A stretch of DNA of 64,000 nt from a virus: positions 1 through 64,000 of the IMG/VR virus record IMGVR_UViG_3300035703_004050, one strand, 5' to 3'. This document shows positions 1 through 10,220 of the stretch, piece by piece (the first letter of the stretch is position 1; each line of letters starts with the position of its first letter). The translations under genes and the position numbers were made by a program. Under the pieces are notes generated by a model, which searched no databases, was not told the origin of the DNA, and was given only the letters and a program-made list of their open reading frames with translations.

Positions 1-543
1 AATTGGCAAAATGCTTTCTTAGGTTATTTTATCCCTGGTAATTTAGATGTAAAAGCTGTAATTGATACACTGTCAAAAAAACAAATAGTTGGTGTTGCTA
101 ATGGGTATGCAGAATGGGGACCACGAGCGTTAGGTAATAGAAGTTTACTTGCTGATCCTCGTCCATCAAACATTAAAGATAGAGTTAACGAAATAAAGCG
201 TCGTCAAATGTATCGCCCATTTGCTCCAGCAGTACTAGAAGAACACGCAGACAAATATTTTAAATTAAAAAAAGCATACGACTATCGTTACATGCAATAT
301 GCAGTGGACGTTAAAGACGATTATCCATATCCTTCTACATGTCATGTTGATAATACTGCTCGGGTGCAAATAGTACCAAAAGACGGTAGCAATATACGTA
401 ATATATTAGAAGCATGGTATGCAAAAACAAAGTGTCCTGTATTATTAAACACTAGCCTAAATATACGAGGTGAACCTATAGTAAATGATAGGGTAGATGG
501 GATACGCTTTGCTAAAGAATATGATATAACAGTTATTAGTTAA
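1..543 (+). CDS. Carbamoyltransferase (CmcH/NodU family), C-terminal part; 5' end lies outside the window
   Basis: Frame is open from base 1: EWGPRALGNRSLLADPR...RPFAP...HVDNTARVQ...LLNTSLN are typical carbamoyltransferase C-domain motifs. Confidence 0.9.
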   Translation, partial: NWQNAFLGYFIPGNLDVKAVIDTLSKKQIVGVANGYAEWGPRALGNRSLLADPRPSNIKDRVNEIKRRQMYRPFAPAVLEEHADKYFKLKKAYDYRYMQYAVDVKDDYPYPSTCHVDNTARVQIVPKDGSNIRNILEAWYAKTKCPVLLNTSLNIRGEPIVNDRVDGIRFAKEYDITVIS

Positions 544-1330
544 AGTTAGGATTAGTGAAATTAAATTTAACTCCAATTAAATTTTCTATCTTATTTCTAA
601 AATTTTGAGTTGCTGTTAAACATTCTTCAAATGCATTTTTATACACAATACTTTTATCAAATAAATCATCAGTAACACTATTTGCAATTATAGGCGAATG
701 TTTCATAGTGAAAAACTTACTGGGCAATGTTTCACTAATTACAAAAGTTTTTTTACCAAGTAATGTAGACCAATAGGCGCCGTGATAACTACTAGTAAAA
801 ACGTATTCGTGATCTGCAATACAGTCTAGTATATCTGTTACATTTTTATTTTTGTTGTTAATCGCAGTGTGTTCGTATGGAAAATTTATTGGTCTTTTCC
901 AATGATTAATTACTAAAAATTTCTTTGTAGGGTTTGTTGCTAAATTAGTAAAAATAGAGTTATGTAAGACACTTGGGCAAGGTGTCCAATCATATCCTGT
1001 TACATTGTTATCTCTAATACCAAATAAGTCGTATGGTGCTGTTATATTATTGGTAAAATTAGGACTAATACCAACTCCCCACACTATTTTAAACCTTGCA
1101 TTTACTTTTTCTAAAATTTTCTCAATTGAACTAGTAAAATGATCGGTTGAAAATATTGCACCTCCCCCAATAAAAAGTACATCAACATCTATATTTGGAA
1201 TATTATCGTTGTAAACGTCTAGTATTATTCCATGTTTATCTTCTGTTGAATAATGTCTTATAGTGCTGTATAAATCTCCAGCGTTTTCAAAATCTTGCCT
1301 AAACAAGTAAGCATATTTTAGTTTTGACAT
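536..1330 (-). CDS. Polysaccharide pyruvyltransferase-like protein
   Basis: N-A-G-D, IGGGAIF, VWGVG, GIRD and TSSYHG motifs; start placed at MSKLKY. Confidence 0.65.
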   Translation of the reverse strand: MSKLKYAYLFRQDFENAGDLYSTIRHYSTEDKHGIILDVYNDNIPNIDVDVLFIGGGAIFSTDHFTSSIEKILEKVNARFKIVWGVGISPNFTNNITAPYDLFGIRDNNVTGYDWTPCPSVLHNSIFTNLATNPTKKFLVINHWKRPINFPYEHTAINNKNKNVTDILDCIADHEYVFTSSYHGAYWSTLLGKKTFVISETLPSKFFTMKHSPIIANSVTDDLFDKSIVYKNAFEECLTATQNFRNKIENLIGVKFNFTNPNFN

Positions 1331-2187
1331 AGATGTTTCCTTAAATTTATCCAAGCATATTCTAATTCTTCTTCTAACCATTCTTTATGACATAGTTCAA
1401 TAAACCATTGATCTCTATTTGGAGTTGGTAAAGATTCAATTAAAGAGACATTGCTAGTTCCCATTTCATAAGCTAAACTTTCTTCACTAACAATAGATGA
1501 TGTACCTGCTATTATTGCGTTTACTCCACTATTACTACTATGGCTAATTACACAATGACAATGCGCTAATAACGGTTCTAAATCAAAACTATCGTATGTT
1601 TGCTGTATGTGTTTTGGTATATTCCAATCAACTTTATTTTCTTTATAAAAATTGTTATCTACAGTAAAGAAGATGTTTTCTCTATAACGGGGATGACTTC
1701 GTATCACAATAGGTCTATCGGTATATTTCCTAACATCTAAAACAACCTGTTTGTAATATTTGTCCATTAACGGCATATTACGCCATTGTTCGCTTTTGCC
1801 GTGCTGTCCACATATTAAAACGTAATCTCCTGTATGCCATGGCAAAATGCTTAAGTTAAGCATTTTAGGTCTATCATAATCAAACTTTTCTATTTTAGGA
1901 AATATTGCAGAACGAGTAATTCCATTAATTGATAATCGCCAAGTAACGTTTCGAACTAGTCCGCCAACTTCTATTACAATAACAGGTTTATTTTTACTTC
2001 TATAATAATCCCAAACATTTTTATTCCTGCTCATTCTGCCATTCCATAAAATACTCCAAATCAATGCTGCATCCGCATCATAACTACATTCAACAGTTTG
2101 ATCTGTTTTATTCATATAAGAAACAATATCCTGATACAAATTAATCCCATTTGCTGGAACATGGGAAGGCCACACACTTATTCTCAT
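1318..2187 (-). CDS. Glycosyltransferase-like protein (capsule-biosynthesis type), paralog 1
   Basis: YVLICGQ, IRSHP and SHSSNSGVNAIIAG motifs are shared with the two following genes; start at MRISVW. Confidence 0.55.
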   Translation of the reverse strand: MRISVWPSHVPANGINLYQDIVSYMNKTDQTVECSYDADAALIWSILWNGRMSRNKNVWDYYRSKNKPVIVIEVGGLVRNVTWRLSINGITRSAIFPKIEKFDYDRPKMLNLSILPWHTGDYVLICGQHGKSEQWRNMPLMDKYYKQVVLDVRKYTDRPIVIRSHPRYRENIFFTVDNNFYKENKVDWNIPKHIQQTYDSFDLEPLLAHCHCVISHSSNSGVNAIIAGTSSIVSEESLAYEMGTSNVSLIESLPTPNRDQWFIELCHKEWLEEELEYAWINLRKHLCQN

Positions 2188-2203
2188 ATAATTAATTATA
2201 TGA
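2184..2203. promoter_or_regulatory. Perfect 20-bp palindrome containing both divergent start codons; putative bidirectional promoter
   Basis: TCATATAATTAATTATATGA, with CAT at 2185-2187 and ATG at 2200-2202. Confidence 0.55.
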
Positions 2204-2994
2204 ATTATTATTACCCTGAGATAGGTAGCCAAAGTAAAGCAATTTGGGTACTAGATGCAATAGCTAAAAATGATAAGAAAACTCAAATTAGCAGAGATAT
2301 GACTATCAATAATTCTCCTGGTGTTTTTTGGGGACTTGCAAGACAAAATTTTGACTTAATAAAAGAGTATCAAAATTTGAATAAACAGTTTTACTTTACT
2401 GATATGCCTTATTGGAACAGATATATGGGTAATAACAGGGATACATGTAGCTGGAGAATAATACCAAATAGTTTGCATTGTAATTGGGTAGAAGATTATC
2501 CTAACGATAGATTTAAAAAGCTTAATATTACAGTTAAGGAATGGAGAAAAACAGGAGATCATATCTTAGTATGCCCGAGCAGCAATACTATTAATAGATT
2601 TTATAATCAAAATAATTGGTTAAATGATACTTTAGCAGAATTAAAAAAATATACAGATAGACCAATTAAAATTCGTAATAAACCAAGGAATAGTAAAACT
2701 AGCGGCCCACTTGCTGCACTAACAACTTTTGAGGAAGACGTTAAAAATGCATGGGCAGTCGTTACATTAGTAAGTATAGCAGGGGTCGAAGCTGCTTGTT
2801 TAGGAATACCAGTGTTTTGCAATCTAGCAAGTCCAGTTGCAACTCTCGGCAATACTAATATAGCTAATATAGAATCTCCTTTATTAAATGACAGAACTAA
2901 ATGCTTAAATACACTTGCGTATTATCAATATACTGAGAATGAACTAAAAGCTGGAATGTGTAAAATTATAAATGATACTTTTTTATCTAAATAA
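2200..2994 (+). CDS. Glycosyltransferase-like protein, paralog 2
   Basis: HILVCPSS, IRNKP and VVTLVSIAGVEAACLGIPVF motifs. Confidence 0.55.
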   Translation: MNYYYPEIGSQSKAIWVLDAIAKNDKKTQISRDMTINNSPGVFWGLARQNFDLIKEYQNLNKQFYFTDMPYWNRYMGNNRDTCSWRIIPNSLHCNWVEDYPNDRFKKLNITVKEWRKTGDHILVCPSSNTINRFYNQNNWLNDTLAELKKYTDRPIKIRNKPRNSKTSGPLAALTTFEEDVKNAWAVVTLVSIAGVEAACLGIPVFCNLASPVATLGNTNIANIESPLLNDRTKCLNTLAYYQYTENELKAGMCKIINDTFLSK

Positions 2995-3829
2995 TAAGAA
3001 TCAAAAACAAGCTAAATTTATTAGGTACTTGTTTAGAAGCTACACTGGTGAAAAGCATATTCAACCAACAAATAGATTTGATTCCAATGCAAGATTAAAT
3101 CTTCAAGCTAAATGGATAGTTTTTGCAGGGATTATTCGAGGTGAAGGGTTAATTTACAAATACTGTAAAGAAAACAATAAAAAATTTTTATATGTAGATC
3201 ATGCCTATGTTGATCGAGGTTATAATAAAGTTAACGAAGATTTAGAATGGATGAGAATAACACCAAGTTCATTTACTTGGCATCTAAATCAACCAGAATC
3301 AAATGATCGTTGGGAAGAATTTTTTGGAAAGAAATATCAACTTTCTCCTTGGAATTCAAAACAAGGAAAAAATATATTAGTATTACCACCAAGTGAAGCA
3401 ACGAAAATGCTTTTTCCAGAAAGCGAAGAGTGGGTTAAAAACACAATTGAAGAAATTAGTAAGCATACATCGGCACCAATCGTAATTAGAGAAAAACCAG
3501 AGCAACCAGTAATTGATACACTAACTAATCAAGTTATTGATAGAAAAATTATCACGTATGAAAATAGTATTGAAAAAGAGATGTTAGATGCAAAGTGTAT
3601 TGTAACATTCAATAGTGCTGTACCAGTATTAGGAACTATTTTGGGTATACCTTGTTATTGTAGTCCACATGCAGCGGCATACCCAATGAATGTAAATTTA
3701 AACTATATAAATGATCCGCCAGAACCAAAAAGACAAGAATGGTTAAATCAACTTGTTTATCACCAATACAAAACAAGTGAAATGAAAAACGGAAAAGTTT
3801 GGAAATTATTAGAAAAATATATGAGGTAA
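2972..3829 (+). CDS. Glycosyltransferase-like protein, paralog 3
   Basis: NILVLPPS, IREKP, VTFNSAV..GIP and RQEWL..L.YHQY motifs. Confidence 0.55.
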   Translation: MILFYLNNKNQKQAKFIRYLFRSYTGEKHIQPTNRFDSNARLNLQAKWIVFAGIIRGEGLIYKYCKENNKKFLYVDHAYVDRGYNKVNEDLEWMRITPSSFTWHLNQPESNDRWEEFFGKKYQLSPWNSKQGKNILVLPPSEATKMLFPESEEWVKNTIEEISKHTSAPIVIREKPEQPVIDTLTNQVIDRKIITYENSIEKEMLDAKCIVTFNSAVPVLGTILGIPCYCSPHAAAYPMNVNLNYINDPPEPKRQEWLNQLVYHQYKTSEMKNGKVWKLLEKYMR

Positions 3830-3832
3830 AAA

Positions 3833-4453
3833 ATGGAAAATATAACTATAAAAGAAGGTTGGTATTGGCCAACGAAAGATTTAAAATGTTGGCCTTGGTT
3901 GCAAAATGAAAAAGATTTGCCTAGAGAAATATCAAATCATGTTTCACAAAAAAGAGTAGCAATACAAGCTGGCGGCAATTGTGGATTTTATACCAAACAA
4001 TATGCAAGTTTATTCAAAACAGTTTATACTTTTGAACCAGATGAGTTAAACTTTAGATGCCTTGTGTTAAATTTAGAAGGTTTAAATGTCTATAAACAGC
4101 AAGCTTGCTTAAGTGATGAACACAAACTAATGGCAATAACAAGCAGCGATAAAAATATTGGAGCATATGCAGTAAACACGAAGGTACAGGGTGTTATCCC
4201 AACATTTTTAATAGATGATCTAGCATTAGACGTTTGTGACTTAATACATTTAGATATTGAAGGTTGGGAATTTCCAGCTTTAAAAGGTGCAATTAATACC
4301 ATTAAAAAATGTAAGCCTGCGATAGCACTAGAATGGATGGATCACGGATCTAAGTTTGGGTTTCCCCAAGCAGAAATTGAATCTTGGTTAAATAATTTAG
4401 GTTATAGCAAATCAATTAACATAATGAACGAAAGAGTATTTTTGGCAACATGA
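3833..4453 (+). CDS. FkbM-family SAM-dependent methyltransferase
   Basis: QAGGNCG, VYTFEPD and LIHLDIEGWE motifs. Confidence 0.85.
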   Translation: MENITIKEGWYWPTKDLKCWPWLQNEKDLPREISNHVSQKRVAIQAGGNCGFYTKQYASLFKTVYTFEPDELNFRCLVLNLEGLNVYKQQACLSDEHKLMAITSSDKNIGAYAVNTKVQGVIPTFLIDDLALDVCDLIHLDIEGWEFPALKGAINTIKKCKPAIALEWMDHGSKFGFPQAEIESWLNNLGYSKSINIMNERVFLAT

Positions 4454-5202
4454 TATTTCACACCGCAGCAGAACAAAAGTATTATAATGCTTTTTTTAAA
4501 AGATGGCATAAAAGCATAAAGTCACGATGTCCTAATGTAAGATTTTCTTTAAAGTTTGTAGGCGAAGTTGATAATACTGATGTTTTGGAATACACTAAAG
4601 AAAACGATATCTCTCTCATTTTAGATCCAACTACCCCAGAAGATTTAATCAATACATACGGTTCTATGGAAATCGGCAGAGGGTACTACCCTATGGCAAG
4701 ATGGAATTCTATACCTGTTGAAGATGATCATGTTTGTGTAACAGATGTTGATGTAGTTATGGTTAAAAATGATCTTGATGAAATGCTAGAACTTTTAAAT
4801 GATTTTGATTTAGTTAGTATTTCTAGAAATAAGCAACCCAAGATCAACATGATGATGATCAATTATATTAATAAAGATAAATGTCAAACAGTTAGTGACT
4901 TTGCTAAATCGTTGATGGATTCAAAAGATTTTAAATGGGATATTGATCTTGAAGTAATGTCTAATATGAAGAAAAAAATGAGTTACACATATCTTCATAG
5001 ATTAGTTAAGTTTGATTCATCTGCGGGACTAATACCAAAATTATTTACGGATACATCATTTGGTTATTATAGTGCAGTTAGTGTAAGATTTGATAACGTT
5101 GAATATGAAGGTGGATACGATTCTAAAAAAGCAAAATATGAGTGGGCAGACAAGCACGATATAATTAATTTTGCCACCAAGCACTTGTTTTCGCGCCAAT
5201 AG
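4450..5202 (+). CDS. Putative nucleotide-sugar transferase
   Basis: DxD motif (TDVDVV) and glycan-cluster context. Confidence 0.35.
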   Translation: MIFHTAAEQKYYNAFFKRWHKSIKSRCPNVRFSLKFVGEVDNTDVLEYTKENDISLILDPTTPEDLINTYGSMEIGRGYYPMARWNSIPVEDDHVCVTDVDVVMVKNDLDEMLELLNDFDLVSISRNKQPKINMMMINYINKDKCQTVSDFAKSLMDSKDFKWDIDLEVMSNMKKKMSYTYLHRLVKFDSSAGLIPKLFTDTSFGYYSAVSVRFDNVEYEGGYDSKKAKYEWADKHDIINFATKHLFSRQ

Positions 5203-5965
5203 TTCTTTCTGTTTTCTTACTGCGACCAACTTTCTTGCGAGGGCCCTTCATGTGATCCATGTAATCGCCTAGCACACAATTAATAAACGGATGACCTGCT
5301 ACATACCCAGGAGTTATATTTTGGTTTACCATACCTTTAGATTCATACTCGAGTCTAACGACATCAAATACAAAACTATCGTGCCATTCTTTTAAATTAA
5401 AAATAGTATCTTGCCTGTAGTAATTAATAAACGTTTCCCAAAAATCTAACATTAAAGGATGTTGGGTATGATAAACTACCCATCCACACTCGCTATATTG
5501 TTTAATTCTGCCAAGATAAGCAACACCAAAATTTTCTTTTGGAAAGTTATTAATTAAAAAATTTTCTGGAACTTTAGTATGAGTAACAGTGTCTGCATCT
5601 ATCCATACTACACTTTTTCGAGTATTGTTTTTAACTGCATCATACAATGCAAATACTTTGTGACTAAAACGTATAGCATCATATTTAAAATCCTTTGTAT
5701 TTTCGTTATTTTTAAATCCATTTGCTGCTAGATTATTTTTATGTTTTTCTTTAAAGGCAACTAACTCTTTAACACCTAATAAATCCTTCACTAAGATTCG
5801 TTCATTACGCAATGATTTATCTAAATCCACATTTTCAGTGTATACTATTATTTGTTGATTAGTTGGCCAATTACGTAAAAATGTTGCTAACATTTTTTTA
5901 CCGTATAAATCGTAACCTTCTTTATTAAACGTTGTTACTAGGATGTAATTGTTCATCGTTACCAA
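5165..5965 (-). CDS. Putative glycosyltransferase (GT-A)
   Basis: RFSHKVFA, WIDADT and WHDSFVFD motifs. Confidence 0.6.
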   Translation of the reverse strand: MVTMNNYILVTTFNKEGYDLYGKKMLATFLRNWPTNQQIIVYTENVDLDKSLRNERILVKDLLGVKELVAFKEKHKNNLAANGFKNNENTKDFKYDAIRFSHKVFALYDAVKNNTRKSVVWIDADTVTHTKVPENFLINNFPKENFGVAYLGRIKQYSECGWVVYHTQHPLMLDFWETFINYYRQDTIFNLKEWHDSFVFDVVRLEYESKGMVNQNITPGYVAGHPFINCVLGDYMDHMKGPRKKVGRSKKTERTIGAKTSAWWQN

Positions 5966-6648
5966 CTTTTTATAAAATCTGCGCGTTCGTCATACCATTG
6001 TTGACTATATTCACAATTTTCATAACCGGGCATGAATGGCATTCCTAAAGTATAATGTATAAAGCTAGGGTGGCCATCTTCTGGTTCTTTATAATGCCCA
6101 ACTAGCCAATTCCATTCATGATGCAATTCACCAATATCTTCATCGTCCAACCATTGGAAACGATGCAAGTAACTCATTTCCTGTTTGTTCATAAACTCTG
6201 GATAAAGATATTGTTTATTTTTTGGATGAGCGCAATTAAACAGCATACAGCTACTCCAATTTTTACGTGGATAAGCGTGTTGAACTTGTCCATCCATTTT
6301 TGCTACGCCATCTAATACACTGTAATCGTGCTTAACAACTTGTACGGCATAACGATCATCAGCTAAATCAAACAATTTATTGACATCTTGACGAGCTAAA
6401 AAGTCGCAATCTATAAACACAGCCCACCCTTCATACCCATTTAGATAAGGTATTAAGAATCGAGTAAATGTAAATTGTGTTGAGGCTTTTGGATCATCAG
6501 GACGAGTTACTAACCCTTGTGCTTTTAATTCATCAAGTTTAAGTGGCAAAACTTCGATGTTGTTACTTAAACGATGTATACTATGTTTACAAACTTGATA
6601 AGCTATATCTTCTCTAGGATCCCATCCAATGTAAACTCGTCTCTTCAT
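5959..6648 (-). CDS. Glycosyltransferase, GT8-like
   Basis: IGWDPRE, STQFTFTRF, FIDCDFL, YPRKNWSS and HYTLG motifs. Confidence 0.8.
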   Translation of the reverse strand: MKRRVYIGWDPREDIAYQVCKHSIHRLSNNIEVLPLKLDELKAQGLVTRPDDPKASTQFTFTRFLIPYLNGYEGWAVFIDCDFLARQDVNKLFDLADDRYAVQVVKHDYSVLDGVAKMDGQVQHAYPRKNWSSCMLFNCAHPKNKQYLYPEFMNKQEMSYLHRFQWLDDEDIGELHHEWNWLVGHYKEPEDGHPSFIHYTLGMPFMPGYENCEYSQQWYDERADFIKSW

Positions 6649-6704
6649 AAATGATATACTCCAATAAATGTTAAATAGTAGTATATTTAGTGTTTGGAAG
6701 CAAC

Positions 6705-7460
6705 ATGATTGTAGGAATTTGTACTGGGGGATTTGACCCCGTCCACAGCGGGCATATAAATTATCTAAAAGCCGCGGCAGAACATTGCGACTTATTAATA
6801 GTAGGTGTTAACAGTGATAAATGGTTAGAACGTAAAAAAGGAAAATCTTTTATGCCTATAGAAGAACGTGTTGCTGTTTTAAGTGCAATGCGTAATGTTG
6901 ATAAAGTTATCACTTTTGATGATAGTGATGGATCAGCTAGAGACGCTATACGTCAAGTAAAAGCAATGTACCCAACTGCTATTATAAAGTTTATGAATGG
7001 CGGCGATAGAAACGGTGAAAATATTCCAGAGTTAAGCGAGGACGTTGAATTTTTGTTTGGTGTAGGCGGCGATAACAAAGCAAATTCTAGTAGTTGGATA
7101 CTACAAGAATGGAAACATCCAAAAACAATTCGTCCATGGGGTTATTATCGTGTGTTACACACTGAAGGCACACACATTAAAGTAAAAGAGTTAGTAGTTG
7201 AACCAGGGAAAAGTTTAAGTAGTCAACGACATTTACACAGAGCAGAATTTTGGATTGTAAGTAAAGGTTGTGCTGCTGTTGGTATTGGTGAAAAAGAATC
7301 GGTTATTCATTTGCACGAACAACAAGAAATACATATAGAAACAGGGCAATGGCATAGGCTTTTTAACGATAGTAAAGAACCAGTCCATATTGTTGAAATA
7401 CAGTATGGAGCGAAATGTGAAGAAGAAGATATACAAAGGAGATCTTTTAGTGTCGATTAG
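6705..7460 (+). CDS. Cytidylyltransferase fused to a mannose-6-P isomerase-type cupin
   Basis: GGFDPVHSGH (HxGH) and NSSSWIL; C-terminal RPWGYY...SSQRHLHRAEFW...EIQYG..EEDI. Confidence 0.85.
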   Translation: MIVGICTGGFDPVHSGHINYLKAAAEHCDLLIVGVNSDKWLERKKGKSFMPIEERVAVLSAMRNVDKVITFDDSDGSARDAIRQVKAMYPTAIIKFMNGGDRNGENIPELSEDVEFLFGVGGDNKANSSSWILQEWKHPKTIRPWGYYRVLHTEGTHIKVKELVVEPGKSLSSQRHLHRAEFWIVSKGCAAVGIGEKESVIHLHEQQEIHIETGQWHRLFNDSKEPVHIVEIQYGAKCEEEDIQRRSFSVD

Positions 7461-8430
7461 TAAACTTTATATAAGTCACGTTGATGCTGATTTCAAAAAG
7501 ATACCAGGTATTTTTTTAAATAACAAAAATTTAAATAAAATTTTACATGATAATTCTTATCATGTATGCAAAACATCTCCTGTTGATTTATCGTTTAATA
7601 ATTTTGCAAATGTAATTGATTCAACACAAACATTTGAAATTGTTGATATTGATGATACTGTTTTTTTAAATCTTAGCGATATTGATTTTTGTACTTATGG
7701 TAGATTTTTTGTTTTATTACAAGAATCAAATAAACCTATTACTAATTTTCAATTTATTGAAAATTTATTTTATGAACGATTTGCTATAATTGATAAAAAT
7801 AGAAAGACTAATAACAAAACACTCTGGGTAGCTGGTTGTTCAATTACAGCAGGTACAGGAGTAAACGAAAATGAAAGATTTGGGGATATTTTAAGTAAAC
7901 AATATTATGTAGATTACGATTATATTAACATAGCAAAATCTGCTTCTTCCATATGGTTTCAAGCCAACAAAATATTACAAGCAGACATACAAGCAAATGA
8001 CATAGTTATTTGGGGAATCACAGCTTCTAATCGTATTGAATATATTGAAAAAGACGGGGTGATAAAATCTATATCACAAGGCAACGATAAATTTGGTGTA
8101 GCTAAATTAGAAAAATCTCAGCAATTTTGGAATGAAGAATATTTCTATAGCAAATTGCTTTACTTATCAAATATTAATTTAATAATTTCTGTAATCAACT
8201 GTTGTAAGAAAATAGGGGCTAAATTAATTTTGGTTAACTTTTTAGAAATGGAGATTGTACCGTTAGCTTTTAAAAATTTAAATATTTTTTTAAACATCAC
8301 AAAAAATAGCGGATTAATTGAAAAAAAATTTTTAGATTTTGGAATTGATAGCATACATCCTGGACCAAAACAACATTTAGAGTATGCAGATAAAATTCAT
8401 AAGTTTATACAAGAAAGGTATTTTAAATGA
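7450..8430 (+). CDS. SGNH/GDSL-like hydrolase-domain protein
   Basis: AGCSITAG and DSIHPG motifs. Confidence 0.5.
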   Translation: MSISKLYISHVDADFKKIPGIFLNNKNLNKILHDNSYHVCKTSPVDLSFNNFANVIDSTQTFEIVDIDDTVFLNLSDIDFCTYGRFFVLLQESNKPITNFQFIENLFYERFAIIDKNRKTNNKTLWVAGCSITAGTGVNENERFGDILSKQYYVDYDYINIAKSASSIWFQANKILQADIQANDIVIWGITASNRIEYIEKDGVIKSISQGNDKFGVAKLEKSQQFWNEEYFYSKLLYLSNINLIISVINCCKKIGAKLILVNFLEMEIVPLAFKNLNIFLNITKNSGLIEKKFLDFGIDSIHPGPKQHLEYADKIHKFIQERYFK

Positions 8431-8771
8431 AGAGTGGAAAAGTTTGGGGTAACACAGAATTACTTGAGGCAAATGGTGTATTAGAATTTCACCGTGCGGA
8501 GATAAAAGCAGGATATAGATGTTCAAAACATCTACACAAATATAAGTGGAATGGATTCTTTGTCGAGTCTGGCGTACTTGAGATACATGTTTGGAAAAAC
8601 AACTATGATCTAGTAGACATAACTGTACTAAAAGCAGGGGACTATACTAAAGTTCCACCTGGTGAAAAACATATGTTTGTGTGTAAAGAAGACTGTGTAT
8701 GTTTTGAATTGTATTGGGCAGAATTCGCTCACAATGATATCGAACGAGATAGTGTAGGTGGAGAAGTATAA
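8427..8771 (+). CDS. Cupin-domain protein (sugar isomerase-like)
   Basis: K.WG, CSKHLHKYK and VPPGEKH motifs. Confidence 0.7.
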   Translation: MKSGKVWGNTELLEANGVLEFHRAEIKAGYRCSKHLHKYKWNGFFVESGVLEIHVWKNNYDLVDITVLKAGDYTKVPPGEKHMFVCKEDCVCFELYWAEFAHNDIERDSVGGEV

Positions 8772-9483
8772 TCTCATAGTAGTTAAATGGGGAAACTTGT
8801 ATGGTCCTGAATACGTTATAAATTTGTATGAAGGAGCAAAGAGGTATACTACAGTCCCATTTAACTTTTATGTTTTTACTGATGATACTGAAGGATTGCC
8901 AAAGGATAAAAATTGGCAGTTTAAAAAATTGCCTAAATTTATACTACCGGCAAATAGAGCTTGGTGGTATAAAATGGAAATATTTAATCAACTGCACGAT
9001 TTACAAGGCAAAAACTTATATATAGATTTAGATGCAATTATTATTAAAGATCTTAAAATTTTTTGGGATTTGATCCTAACAAACGGGTTGTATATTTGCA
9101 GGGATTTCAATAGGCAATTTTTGCCAAGCTACCAACATTGTAACAGCAGTGTGTTGGGTTGGAAAGATAACAGTTTTGATTACTTGTATAGAAAGTTTTC
9201 AAACAACATAGCTGAAAGTACAAAAAAGTTTCGAGGTGATCAAGACTTTATACAAGCATATGCGGGTTCAAGAATATTTTGGCCAGATGACACAGCAATG
9301 AGTTGGAAATGGGAATGTTGGCGTCGAGGAAAAGTTGGCTCAAAAAATTACAAATCAGATAAGCTGCAAACATTTATTAAACAAGATACACGCATATTAG
9401 TATTTCATGGTCAACCAAAACCACATGAATGCGAGGATAAACGTATGATTGAACTTTGGCGAGGAACAATAAAACACAAGTAA
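8758..9483 (+). CDS. Glycosyltransferase (GT-A)
   Basis: KWG..YGPEYV, WWYK, YIDLD, NSSV, GDQDF and FHGQPKP motifs. Confidence 0.75.
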   Translation: MEKYNLIVVKWGNLYGPEYVINLYEGAKRYTTVPFNFYVFTDDTEGLPKDKNWQFKKLPKFILPANRAWWYKMEIFNQLHDLQGKNLYIDLDAIIIKDLKIFWDLILTNGLYICRDFNRQFLPSYQHCNSSVLGWKDNSFDYLYRKFSNNIAESTKKFRGDQDFIQAYAGSRIFWPDDTAMSWKWECWRRGKVGSKNYKSDKLQTFIKQDTRILVFHGQPKPHECEDKRMIELWRGTIKHK

Positions 9484-9523
9484 ATTTCCGCAGTGTTTCC
9501 TTTAAATAATTTAGGGGAACAAA

Positions 9524-9943
9524 ATGAACGCTCATGCCAAACTTCGCAAGCTAGTAAACAGCGCAGATAATTCATGTAGTGTTTTTACTCCAACCCCTTT
9601 ACAAGTTGCTCGAACATATAACATACTCAACAAATGCATCTTTAACGGTAAGTTGAAAAAACCCAACATTATAATTAAACCTTTAGAAGAAATATGGGCA
9701 CTATGTGAGGGTGATATCTATACAGGTGATGATCGTTTTGAAAATGATCCCGTTTGTCATAGGATTATTTTACACCCACAATTTCCAACACGTAAATTTT
9801 TTATAGAAGTACTGGCACACGAAATGGTACACCAATATCAATGTGAATACTTAAACAGAATGGACCACGGACAAACGTTCTGGGAATGGGAAGAAAAGCT
9901 AGGAAAATACAACTTACGATTGTTTTTGGCTAAAAATAGCTAA
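9524..9943 (+). CDS. SprT-like zinc metalloprotease
   Basis: LAHEMVHQYQ...HGQTF motif. Confidence 0.75.
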   Translation: MNAHAKLRKLVNSADNSCSVFTPTPLQVARTYNILNKCIFNGKLKKPNIIIKPLEEIWALCEGDIYTGDDRFENDPVCHRIILHPQFPTRKFFIEVLAHEMVHQYQCEYLNRMDHGQTFWEWEEKLGKYNLRLFLAKNS

Positions 9944-9971
9944 ATGCTTGTTTTCATTACAGAATTTTTTT
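9939..9971. repeat. Conserved 33-bp element, copy 1 (IHF-site-like)
   Basis: 26/33 identical to 47571-47603; resembles YAANNNNTTGATW plus a T-tract. Confidence 0.45.
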
Positions 9972-10031
9972 GATTGACATTTGGACACAATATAATACAA
10001 TGCTTATAAATAAAGCAGTTAGGAGCAATTA

Positions 10032-10220
10032 ATGCGCGTTAATGAAGTTGTACGCCTTGAAGGCAAGAAGTTGCATGAAGCACTGGAAAAGGAAAACAGC
10101 ACTGGTGTTGCTACTGCTAACCTTGTAAAGATTGTTGAGGCGCACCGCGCGGATAATTGGCAACGTTTTGAAACTAACGAAGCGTTTGATGCTTATTTGG
10201 ATAGCTTGGCGGAAAAGTAA
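10032..10220 (+). CDS. Small acidic protein, possible antitoxin
   Basis: Preceded by TATAAATA and SD AGGAG; C-terminus RFETNEAFDAYLDSL is DinJ/RelB-like; abuts a YafQ-like gene. Confidence 0.45.
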   Translation: MRVNEVVRLEGKKLHEALEKENSTGVATANLVKIVEAHRADNWQRFETNEAFDAYLDSLAEK

